In this document: one piece after another, positions 18,901 through 25,929 of the stretch
Layout: every line of letters begins with the position of its first letter
Numbering within the stretch: the first letter of the stretch is position 1
Virus record (IMG/VR): IMGVR_UViG_3300030376_005837
Coordinates: 1-27,261 of that record
Direction: 5' to 3' (one strand)
Source of the DNA: a virus
Taxonomy: Duplodnaviria > Caudoviricetes
Length of the DNA: 27,261 nucleotides
Notes under the pieces: model-generated
The model's database searches: none
What the model saw: only the letters and a program-made list of their open reading frames with translations
What the model was told of the DNA's origin: nothing
Translations under genes and position numbers: made by a program

Positions 18901-20608
18901 CTTTTACTTAGAAACAAAAGGCAGAATGGCTGATAATATATTAGAGGGGACTCCTCCAACTTCAGTCATTAGACATATTATAGAGGAAGAATTAGGATTA
19001 CAAATATTTTTAGATACTCAAAGATTTAATAATATTGACAGTTTTTTAAGTGGTGGCAATTGGAGTATGGCTTTTTCACAAACAGAACAAATGGAAGCTA
19101 AAAAACTTGTACAAGAAATAGCAAAAAACTCTCCTATAGTACCATTGTTTAGATCTAACTCAACATTAAGCATGGCTATTATTAAAAATGACTACACAGG
19201 AGAAGATGTTAGTGCTACAATACTATCTTCAGATATTATAAAATCATCTTTTGACAGAACAAAGATTGAAAATGTTAAAACTATGGTTTCAGTAAAACAT
19301 ACAAGAGATTATGAAACTGATTCGTATAAAAAAACATCTTATGTCAGTGCTTATGATTTTTATGGAAATGGTGATAAAGGTTATCCTAATGGATATAAAA
19401 AAGAATATTATGGATTAGACAAAAATAATGCAGGAGATTCTGTTTTAGAATTTGAAAGCAAATACACAAGATACCCTGTTGGGTATACAGGAGAGTATTT
19501 CGGTACATCAACACCTGAAAAATTAAGAGATTTTACTTTAGCATATAACTGTAATCAACATAATATTATTAAATTTAGAGTTCCTATTAAATATGCTAAT
19601 CTTGAAGTCACAGATATAATTAGATTTGACTCCTTAATAGAAAATATGAAATTATATGGAGAAGATTATACACAGTCTTTTACTAGGAATGGTCAAGAAA
19701 TTTATCCTTATTTTATGATAACAAATATAACTAAAGATATAAAATCTGTAAACATAGAGTGTATACAGATGCACAATTTAAATAGAAATGATAATGTTTT
19801 ATCAGGAGCAAGTGGCGATTTTAATTTAACAGGTGTTACAGACCAGCAAGATTATGAAGATTTAAATCAACATTTACTTTATCCTAATCAATATATATCT
19901 GAAGGGCAATTATATAACTGTGATATGAATGGAGATAAAGTTATAGATAGCAACGATTTAGCTATTTTAAATGAAGTTTTAAATCCTGACCTTATTTCTG
20001 AAGAAGAAGAAGAAGATGTTATTGTTGATGCATACAATTATGAAGGGGTAGGTGTTTTAAGATTGCCTACAGGTGAATCTTCGGGAATATTGAATAGGTT
20101 AGGACTTGATTGGAGAGCTATATTAAGAGATGACAATCAATCCTGTGTTTTGGGTGTAACAAAATATTGGTCAAATAATCTTTATGAAGAGATTACTCAA
20201 GCTTTGCCTAATTGGCTTATTTCTTCTGCTCATGGAGAAGGAAATGGTTTTGATAATCTTCAAGAAGGAATTGGTCGTAATATCTTTTTAAATAACCCTG
20301 ATGTATTCAACTATAATGATACTGTTTTATCTGATAACGATAATGTTATGAGCAAACTTACTCCAAACATTCTTAATTATTATACAGGAACAGGAGGTGG
20401 CTTAGAAAGTATATATACAGGTTGGCATATGAAAATAGGAGATGAATGGATTCGTGTAACAGGTTCTACTACAATGACATACTCTAATGATACACTTGGA
20501 ATTATACTTTATGTAGAAAGAGGTGTTCTTGGAACACAAATAGCAATGCATAATTCAGGCGATGAAGTTTTTATATATAGTGGAGAACCTTCTTCAGGAG
20601 AAATGTAA
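15989..20608 (+). CDS. Large tail tip/hub protein with long central insert and dockerin-like domain
   Basis: 1539 aa after the tape measure; TTG start with GGAGG; IPMVFGE hub-like motif; duplicated Ca-binding loop-helix at 19814-19983. Confidence 0.75.
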   Translation: MLNLDFFPEFKSDIQGNATSIHPIVKINTNPPIYLSQNAEVLEDNGEIVNFQTLNLKIPSIKESIDIENRNFKINNVTLTLSNTDYFTNDGNRILFSDLFNEINFLNTDVQIYWKSQSCTTLVQCLPIYRAIIKRVSHDYDNIKIILEDLTESVMHKKVPIGVLNSENAYREEDINKTIPMVFGEIEKAPCVLYKDISLDTSNLKRIYTLVDRFEVPVKKGVANIEDVYNQNQTIATGWTELLYVYSGSYLKVMKDLAQSSNLDEGVDFSAPSSPGVQVSTSAGSEQSLTWLRATYDGLVPTNTISMGIMQVVYNNKPTSLSLGNVGASGIHFSGANESNYANTGINWQYEDEGFSITNPEYGIDGNSSTYANFPPYDISNLTELATTDDGFFIMNHFYNGTYTSNTFNNSETFSLNAMEGDWNETSPEISDNEKYWHWHRNANRLLGLDLANKVEFICMPDAKKLYDLFRIWYENETDNSRPLKPWSSWSKITDYEVNTSNSSSFHKKGNILNHFWGTPTDFYQRPYFQGSTFLVNNDRLQMTDFEDDQYESDNYNQAHIPNYLYGFSRDFSVNENLHAWLTFSKDFNGDTINGYDLNGLPDANPINIDFWELMEYHGFTYDDFPRYRITGLINRHEFFNSTPYDISHFKDDLQVEWNGIDSNFWQNTGEVSGMNQPWDAYNGGGSMGFVAGGYYSWYLTGNNDGGVKREAQGWHNYFCDSGWHMHFTDSYQFEDSGVTAPKGLMMPGAMGMPILKEINSYNGLRPYMTQEGYSNGAGMRVVSKNKTPGTVMSEAGSNYFNMNIAANTLTTFGLLTTLSSEVDDAIEGSGFSYLDAEIYFEKDNNIPIADNLGNNSVKLIHFGVDLPEAGSDGSTEIIDLGNLSTASLSTIDGIDGLYPIYNTNEPSGTQNWDDQLNIDLEWDIPSRFNATMIGFIFNYTDREDSVNFRIEASRMSMKHVFEIDNIFDKNFYLETKGRMADNILEGTPPTSVIRHIIEEELGLQIFLDTQRFNNIDSFLSGGNWSMAFSQTEQMEAKKLVQEIAKNSPIVPLFRSNSTLSMAIIKNDYTGEDVSATILSSDIIKSSFDRTKIENVKTMVSVKHTRDYETDSYKKTSYVSAYDFYGNGDKGYPNGYKKEYYGLDKNNAGDSVLEFESKYTRYPVGYTGEYFGTSTPEKLRDFTLAYNCNQHNIIKFRVPIKYANLEVTDIIRFDSLIENMKLYGEDYTQSFTRNGQEIYPYFMITNITKDIKSVNIECIQMHNLNRNDNVLSGASGDFNLTGVTDQQDYEDLNQHLLYPNQYISEGQLYNCDMNGDKVIDSNDLAILNEVLNPDLISEEEEEDVIVDAYNYEGVGVLRLPTGESSGILNRLGLDWRAILRDDNQSCVLGVTKYWSNNLYEEITQALPNWLISSAHGEGNGFDNLQEGIGRNIFLNNPDVFNYNDTVLSDNDNVMSKLTPNILNYYTGTGGGLESIYTGWHMKIGDEWIRVTGSTTMTYSNDTLGIILYVERGVLGTQIAMHNSGDEVFIYSGEPSSGEM

Positions 20609-20618
20609 AAGGATAAAA

Positions 20619-21077
20619 ATGTCATTTAAAAGAAACACAAAAATAAGAAAAAACAACTTTAAAAACACAAATAGTGTTACAGAGGCAACAATTAAAACAG
20701 AAATTTTAAATGATGAAATATCTACAATTGATTTTGAAGTTAATGGAATTGTAAAGTCTATAGAAATAAGTTATATTGGAGAGGTTTATGATCTTGTTTT
20801 AGCAACAAAAGGCATTTCTTTTGTTCATAATCCAAGAACTAAAAAAATCAATATAAATAATCGTAAAAAATTAAACCTTAATGGTTTGAGTTTGTTAAAG
20901 TATAAAGGTACAATAAACGAATTTCATCTTGTTAAAGTTTATAATTGGGGAAGTGCAAGTATAATGGCTGACAAAGAAACACCATCATATACTAAAGAAA
21001 ATATTCAAAACAATGAAAATATAATAGGCACAAGTGGAGAAATTTTGAGCTTTAGACCTAAAGGAGGAAGAATTTAA
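20619..21077 (+). CDS. Hypothetical beta-sandwich protein (possibly cohesin-like)
   Basis: Start revised to ATG 20619 (AAGGA RBS, after the upstream stop); alternating beta strands. Confidence 0.55.
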   Translation: MSFKRNTKIRKNNFKNTNSVTEATIKTEILNDEISTIDFEVNGIVKSIEISYIGEVYDLVLATKGISFVHNPRTKKININNRKKLNLNGLSLLKYKGTINEFHLVKVYNWGSASIMADKETPSYTKENIQNNENIIGTSGEILSFRPKGGRI

Positions 21078-22171
21078 TGGCATATAGTAGTGTAGGAAGA
21101 CCAGTATTTTATATAGATAATTATTTGTATCACAAGACAATGGGAACTACAATGAACACGATTGGTTATGATAGTATCTTTGGCTTTATAACACCTGATA
21201 GTCTACCTGAGTTATTCACACTTAATCCTGCTATATCTAGACGATTACAAGACATTACTGGTAATAGTGGTAATGTAGTACACATTCCAATGCCATCTTC
21301 TTTTATGGATTACGACCTTACAGGAAACATGAAGACTTATATTGCTGTTTTAAATCACAGTCGTCTTATTAATTGTGGATTAGGGTATATAGGAACTTCA
21401 TCTAACAACCCAAAATATTTTCAAAAAACATATTCTCAATCTAATGCTGTAGAAGTTTTAAATGGTCAGTTTGATGGAAGTTGGTATCAACCTTTAGCAG
21501 GTTCTACTATAGTAACAGGTTCTGACCCAGTAGAGAGTGAAAATTTTTATGTAAACTTACTTGGCGATGTGACTGTAGGGGCTGTAAGTGTAGGCATTCA
21601 ATACACCATGCCTCATTCTCCTGATTTAAAATTAAGTATGGAAATAGAAATGGATGGTATTAACACTACAAATACATCAGGTGGTGGAACTATATCTAAT
21701 GTTAAATATACAGGTAATCCATTATGGGTTAATGGCGATAACAGAACAAATCCTTTTGATGTTTATGGAAATGATGGACTAGATGTTACACAAACAGGAG
21801 CTAGAAGAAATGGTAGAAAGTCTTGGAATCTTAAATTTTCTTATATGAGTGAAACAGATCTATTTTCATCTAACCCTAAAGGTGGTAATTATACTGAGCA
21901 TCCTGCTGACTCTACTTATAATAATGGAGATTTATCTTCAGGAGCACAACATTCAGAAAACACATTAGCATTTAATATAGAAACAGATGATTCATTCTAT
22001 GCACAGGTATGGAATAAAACATTAGGAGGTGCTTTGCCTTTTATTTTCCAACCTAATAGCAATGACAATGATGACTTTTATATTTGCAGGTTTGATCAAA
22101 ACTCTTTAAGAGTGTCTCAATCAGCTTACAAAGTCTATGATATATCTGTTAAGATAGTAGAAACTTGGTAG
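21077..22171 (+). CDS. Putative distal tail/baseplate protein
   Basis: GGAGG RBS; C-terminal GRKSWNLKFSY...GGALPFIFQP...YDISVKIVETW resembles Dit/lambda gpM-type domains. Confidence 0.55.
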   Translation: MAYSSVGRPVFYIDNYLYHKTMGTTMNTIGYDSIFGFITPDSLPELFTLNPAISRRLQDITGNSGNVVHIPMPSSFMDYDLTGNMKTYIAVLNHSRLINCGLGYIGTSSNNPKYFQKTYSQSNAVEVLNGQFDGSWYQPLAGSTIVTGSDPVESENFYVNLLGDVTVGAVSVGIQYTMPHSPDLKLSMEIEMDGINTTNTSGGGTISNVKYTGNPLWVNGDNRTNPFDVYGNDGLDVTQTGARRNGRKSWNLKFSYMSETDLFSSNPKGGNYTEHPADSTYNNGDLSSGAQHSENTLAFNIETDDSFYAQVWNKTLGGALPFIFQPNSNDNDDFYICRFDQNSLRVSQSAYKVYDISVKIVETW

Positions 22172-22336
22172 TTACCAAATAGGATTTTCTTTAATAGCTT
22201 TATACTTCTTAGCATTATGCTTCCTTGATTGTTCTAATTTGCAAGGCTTACATATTTTCTGTATTCCAGGATAGTTGTGGTATTTAACTCTATTTTCATA
22301 AGTAATTTCTTTATTGCATTCTCTACATATTTTCAT
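22172..22336 (-). CDS. 54-aa Zn-finger protein (not in ORF track)
   Basis: MKICRECNKE...KICKPCKLEQSRKHNAKKYKAIKENPIW; two CxxC. Confidence 0.7.
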   Translation of the reverse strand: MKICRECNKEITYENRVKYHNYPGIQKICKPCKLEQSRKHNAKKYKAIKENPIW

Positions 22337-22682
22337 CTAAGTACCTATCTATATCATCACCTGCTATTTTTTTAAATTGTAAGTATTTTTTATAATCTTC
22401 AAGGAAATCATCTAATCTTAATAATATGTAGCTATCGCCCCTATCTTCTCTTACCACTACTGCATCTACAAAGATACTAGGTTTTAGCCATTTTGCTATG
22501 TTTTTTCGCCTTTTAGCCTGTATTCTGAGTTCTCCATGAGCCAAACAATCAACTTCTTCATGATGACCTAGTGCTTGACCATTAGATCCCCATGCTCTTT
22601 TACATTCAATTCCTGATTCTTCAAACTTAGCTACAATTTCTCTTTCGTAGGTATTGCCTTTTACTTTACTTGGATGTGCCAT
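22323..22682 (-). CDS. Holliday junction resolvase (Hjc-like PD-(D/E)XK)
   Basis: SKVKGNTYERE...AWGS...VD...IQAKRRK; start revised to ATG 22682 with AGGAG RBS. Confidence 0.8.
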   Translation of the reverse strand: MAHPSKVKGNTYEREIVAKFEESGIECKRAWGSNGQALGHHEEVDCLAHGELRIQAKRRKNIAKWLKPSIFVDAVVVREDRGDSYILLRLDDFLEDYKKYLQFKKIAGDDIDRYLDENM

Positions 22683-22800
22683 TTTTCTCCTTTTTAATCT
22701 TTTCGTTTTCTTTTTTAAGTTTAAGTGCAAACTTCCTCATAGCTTCTTGAGGTGTTTCACTTGGTTTTTTTATTTTCTTTTTGCAAATCTCACATATCAT
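22666..22800 (-). CDS. 44-aa basic hypothetical protein (not in ORF track)
   Basis: MICEICKKKIKKPSETPQEAMRKFALKLKKENEKIKKEKNGTSK; ATGA overlap with the upstream stop. Confidence 0.55.
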   Translation of the reverse strand: MICEICKKKIKKPSETPQEAMRKFALKLKKENEKIKKEKNGTSK

Positions 22801-23243
22801 TTTATAATCTCCCATGGAACACAATAATAATCTTTATAATTATCAGGATATTGTTTAATTTCACAACCACCTGCTATATTAAGAAAATCATTATGTTTTA
22901 TAAACTTGTACTGCTTGTATGTTGTAGAGTAGAAGAAATACATTAAAGGCATAATTTTATTCCACTTATCGTAATATTCAATGTTTTCTAATTTCATTCC
23001 TAGTTCATCTTTGCACCCTTTTACCTCAATAAAATAAGTTTTTTTAGCAAATATAATATAATCAGGTGTGTATCTTACCATCTTACTTATAGTCACAAAC
23101 TGGTGTCCTGGAATACCTGAGTTTAATTGATCTAAACCATACCTTATAAATCTAATGTATTTTTCAGCACACTTATCTTCAAATAATGATTCTGCAGCAT
23201 TGTTCTTTCTTCTTACATCAAATGGTTGTGTGTGATCAGCCAT
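22797..23243 (-). CDS. PD-(D/E)XK endonuclease
   Basis: YTPDYII...YFIEVKG catalytic motif. Confidence 0.8.
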   Translation of the reverse strand: MADHTQPFDVRRKNNAAESLFEDKCAEKYIRFIRYGLDQLNSGIPGHQFVTISKMVRYTPDYIIFAKKTYFIEVKGCKDELGMKLENIEYYDKWNKIMPLMYFFYSTTYKQYKFIKHNDFLNIAGGCEIKQYPDNYKDYYCVPWEIIK

Positions 23244-24375
23244 ATATTTTCTCCATAATTGCTTTTATAACAGGAACTGATACTGCATTCCCACATTGTT
23301 TATATCTTTGAGTGTCTGATTGTCCTTCTGTCCAACCATCAGGAAATCCTTGTAATCTTTCACATTCAGTTGGTGTCAATCTTCTAATGCTTCCTGTTAT
23401 CTCCTGATTCTTTTTTAACATCTTTAAGTATTCTGATGACGACCCACCTCTCCCTATAGCTTCAGTTAGTGTGCCACTTACAGAACTATCTACTTTAAGT
23501 TTATTAAGTTTATTGCTTTGGTTCTCATTAAGTGATTTAACTTTATATAATCCTGTTTTAGCACCCATACCACCACCATTTTTAATTGTCCTAGCACAAG
23601 ATGTATCATACACTCTTGCAGCTTCCGAATCTTTTTCTATAACACCTATTTGATTTAAAACTTGTTGTGGCTGCTTATAATCTGTGGCACTCAAACAAGA
23701 TGCAATTCCATTTGGAGAATGTATATCTCCTCTTTGTCCACCTGTTCCTGAATGTCCCACTATATCTATTTCGCCATTCTTAATTTGGATGTCATTTTTT
23801 CCGATAGGAAATACTTTTCTTCCACTTGGGTTTCCATTATATCTGCCAAAGATAAAGATTCTCTCCCTGTTTTGTGGGAGAAACCAGCGAGTATTAACCA
23901 CTTGGCATTCAAGGGTATAATTAAGGTCGGCAAGAACTTTGTAGATTGTAGTAAATGTTCGTCTAGAGTCGTGGCTAAGTAAACCTTTAACATTTTCGAG
24001 AAGTATACAGGGTATGGGTTGTCCATTTTTAATATAATCTTCGAGAATCCTTGCGATTTCAAAAAAGAGAGTACCTCTGGTGTCTTCAAATCCTCGTCTT
24101 TTTCCTGCAATACTGAAAGCCTGACAAGGAAATCCTCCTGTAAGCAAGTCAATTCTTTTTCCTTTGAGTGATCTGTATGAAACATCGGTAATTGATCCGA
24201 GTTCTTCTGCATCTTTAAACCTCCTTTTAAATAATTCATTAGCATATTTATCAATTTCTGAATAGCCATGCCATCCTATGTCTAATCCAGCTTGCTGTAT
24301 ACCTAGACTAAATCCTCCTATACCACTAAATAGATCTAATAAATTTATGTTCTTTGATTTTCTTTTATTATCCAC
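23236..24375 (-). CDS. dcm: DNA (cytosine-5) methyltransferase
   Basis: Motifs I LFSGIGG, IV GFPCQ, VI ENVKG, VIII QNRERIF, IX RRLTPTECERLQGFPD, X YKQCGNAV. Confidence 0.97.
   Translation of the reverse strand: MDNKRKSKNINLLDLFSGIGGFSLGIQQAGLDIGWHGYSEIDKYANELFKRRFKDAEELGSITDVSYRSLKGKRIDLLTGGFPCQAFSIAGKRRGFEDTRGTLFFEIARILEDYIKNGQPIPCILLENVKGLLSHDSRRTFTTIYKVLADLNYTLECQVVNTRWFLPQNRERIFIFGRYNGNPSGRKVFPIGKNDIQIKNGEIDIVGHSGTGGQRGDIHSPNGIASCLSATDYKQPQQVLNQIGVIEKDSEAARVYDTSCARTIKNGGGMGAKTGLYKVKSLNENQSNKLNKLKVDSSVSGTLTEAIGRGGSSSEYLKMLKKNQEITGSIRRLTPTECERLQGFPDGWTEGQSDTQRYKQCGNAVSVPVIKAIMEKIYG
23766..24212 (-). CDS. Nested alternative-frame protein, M.EcoHK31I beta-like partner of the methyltransferase
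   Basis: AAGGAGGT just upstream of ATG 24212; 148 aa; ends SLSLADIMETQVEEKYFLSEK. Confidence 0.75.
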   Translation of the reverse strand: MQKNSDQLPMFHTDHSKEKELTCLQEDFLVRLSVLQEKDEDLKTPEVLSFLKSQGFSKIILKMDNPYPVYFSKMLKVYLATTLDEHLLQSTKFLPTLIIPLNAKWLILAGFSHKTGRESLSLADIMETQVEEKYFLSEKMTSKLRMAK

Positions 24376-24557
24376 TTTTTATACCTTACATTGTTTCTAT
24401 AATTAGAGCCAAACATTTCTCTTACTGCACATTTTCTACAGATTAATCCTAAAAAATTATATGTTACATCAGAATGCCATTCATAGAATGGTGCATTCAT
24501 TTTATAGTCATCGCAGCAACAACATCTCTGACTTAAATTCTGCATATATTTTATCAT
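24345..24557 (-). CDS. Small Cys-rich (Zn-binding) protein; start uncertain
   Basis: RCCCCD and ICRKC; tiles between its neighbours. Confidence 0.6.
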   Translation of the reverse strand: MIKYMQNLSQRCCCCDDYKMNAPFYEWHSDVTYNFLGLICRKCAVREMFGSNYRNNVRYKKWIIKENQRT

Positions 24558-24735
24558 CTATATTTACCTCCGATAAATCTCCACCTAACTCCATATATCT
24601 TTCTAAGCAGTTAAAAATCATTGATTTGGTTACCATAGTTCCTGTTATTTTTGATTCATTACCGATCCCAGTTTCACAATAGTTCCTTAATCTGAATCTA
24701 TATGTGTCTAAGATCACCTGATGAGTTTTGTCCAT
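24508..24735 (-). CDS. Hypothetical protein
   Basis: 75 aa, AAAGG upstream, operon orientation. Confidence 0.7.
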   Translation of the reverse strand: MDKTHQVILDTYRFRLRNYCETGIGNESKITGTMVTKSMIFNCLERYMELGGDLSEVNIDDKIYAEFKSEMLLLR

Positions 24736-24765
24736 TATTGGCCTTTCTTTTTTTTGAGATACCTT

Positions 24766-24832
24766 GTGGTGGCGAGGGAGTCGAACCCTCTCAAGCTAAA
24801 GGAATAATAAAAAGCCTGAACCACTACCACCA
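24766..24832 (-). ncRNA. tRNA-like small RNA with an anti-Shine-Dalgarno loop
   Basis: UGGUGGU/GCCACCA acceptor-like stem; AGUGGU D-loop-like linker; UCAGGCU/AGCUUGA stem with 15-nt loop UUUUAUUAUUCCUUU; T arm GAGGG-UUCGACU-CCCUC; intergenic. Confidence 0.8.
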
Positions 24833-24878
24833 TATTACCACAAAACATTCTCACTCCGACATGAAAAAACAAATATTA

Positions 24879-25115
24879 TTAATCTGTTTCATTTCCTTTT
24901 ATTCTACTTATGTCTTGTGGTAATTCTTTATCGCAATCTGCAATTGCTTCTTTAATTCTTTTTACAACATTAGCTGATGAGTCATTCATGGAAATTATAA
25001 CTTCAAGCCCATCTAAAGCAATAGAAAGTTTTTGATTTAATATGCTGTTTTCTTTAGCAAGAAACTCTGATTGCTTTACTAATGCCATAAAAACACTTGT
25101 TGATTTTTCTTTCAT
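24879..25115 (-). CDS. Hypothetical coiled-coil protein
   Basis: TAATG overlap with the upstream gene. Confidence 0.7.
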   Translation of the reverse strand: MKEKSTSVFMALVKQSEFLAKENSILNQKLSIALDGLEVIISMNDSSANVVKRIKEAIADCDKELPQDISRIKGNETD

Positions 25116-25588
25116 TATTTACCCATCTTTTCTTTAGTTTGTTGTAAAAGTTCTTTAACCCAATCTTGTGGAGCAGAATCAACCTCTGCTTCCTTTAAAT
25201 ACTCATTCCTTTTCTTTATCTGACGATCTATTTGCTTATCAACTTGCACAGGAATGCTTCCTCCATTGTCCATTGCTCTACTGAGCCAATTATTTGTAAA
25301 CCTTTTAAAATCTTTTTTTGCTTTATTTGTGTTGCATAGCAACCAGGATTCACACCTCTTTGTTTGTTCGAGTATATCCACATTAGGATATGCTTTTTTC
25401 CAAGTTTCAAGTAACTCCTGGGGGATATTAGAGTAGAACTTCTTGATTCGAGTGTTATAGGGATCAACTGTTTTACCACCATAGCTGATTTTTGAGTAGT
25501 CCTCCAGAAGATACTTGAAAACTTTTCTTCCATCAACCCATTTTTCTTTGCCATCAATACGAACTAATATTTCAAAGAACATGGGCAT
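25115..25588 (-). CDS. Putative replication protein (initiator C-terminal-domain-like)
   Basis: WKKAYPNVDI...WLLCN...KKDFKRFTNNWLSRA resembles the C-terminus of phage replisome organisers; next to SSB and Sak. Confidence 0.55.
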   Translation of the reverse strand: MPMFFEILVRIDGKEKWVDGRKVFKYLLEDYSKISYGGKTVDPYNTRIKKFYSNIPQELLETWKKAYPNVDILEQTKRCESWLLCNTNKAKKDFKRFTNNWLSRAMDNGGSIPVQVDKQIDRQIKKRNEYLKEAEVDSAPQDWVKELLQQTKEKMGK

Positions 25589-25591
25589 AAT

Positions 25592-25852
25592 TTAAAATGG
25601 AACTTCGTTTGTGTCAAATTCACTAACAGCACTTGTGCTAGTTGAACTATTATCACTTTTAGGCTTCCATTCACTTACATTTATACTATCGTAAGTTTTT
25701 GAACCATCTTTTGACTTTTGATCTGTCCAAACTGCGATATTATACATCTTACCACCTAGTTTAAAACTTCCTGTTTTATTAGGATGTTTGTCGGTTGTTC
25801 TGTTTTCGTTTTTCCAGAGCGAACCTCTTCCTTCTTTTACTTCATATGCCAT
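25592..25852 (-). CDS. Putative single-stranded DNA-binding protein (DUF736-like)
   Basis: GSLWKN...KHPNKTG...YNIAVW; acidic tail ending EVPF; follows the recombinase. Confidence 0.7.
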   Translation of the reverse strand: MAYEVKEGRGSLWKNENRTTDKHPNKTGSFKLGGKMYNIAVWTDQKSKDGSKTYDSINVSEWKPKSDNSSTSTSAVSEFDTNEVPF

Positions 25853-25863
25853 GACTTATCTCC

Positions 25864-25929
25864 TTAATTAAAAATTGACATTATTAAAATTAAAAACACT
25901 AATAGAAACCCTTGCATAAATAAATCCAT
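25864..25929 (-). CDS. 21-aa hydrophobic peptide MDLFMQGFLLVFLILIMSIFN (not in ORF track)
   Basis: AAGGAGG RBS, TAATG overlap with the Sak stop. Confidence 0.55.
   Translation of the reverse strand: MDLFMQGFLLVFLILIMSIFN

Noticed and set aside
22797-24375. Type II restriction-modification pair
   Set aside because: The nuclease is short and resembles generic phage PD-(D/E)XK enzymes; adjacency alone is insufficient
24766-24832. Canonical tRNA gene or attP site
   Set aside because: No D stem and no 7-nt anticodon loop; no integrase in the window. Kept as a tRNA-like ncRNA.
25875-25903. Antisense promoter starting with a perfect TTGACA
   Set aside because: Best -10 at 17 nt spacing (ACTAAT) lacks the conserved TA; the region is explained by the 21-aa ORF
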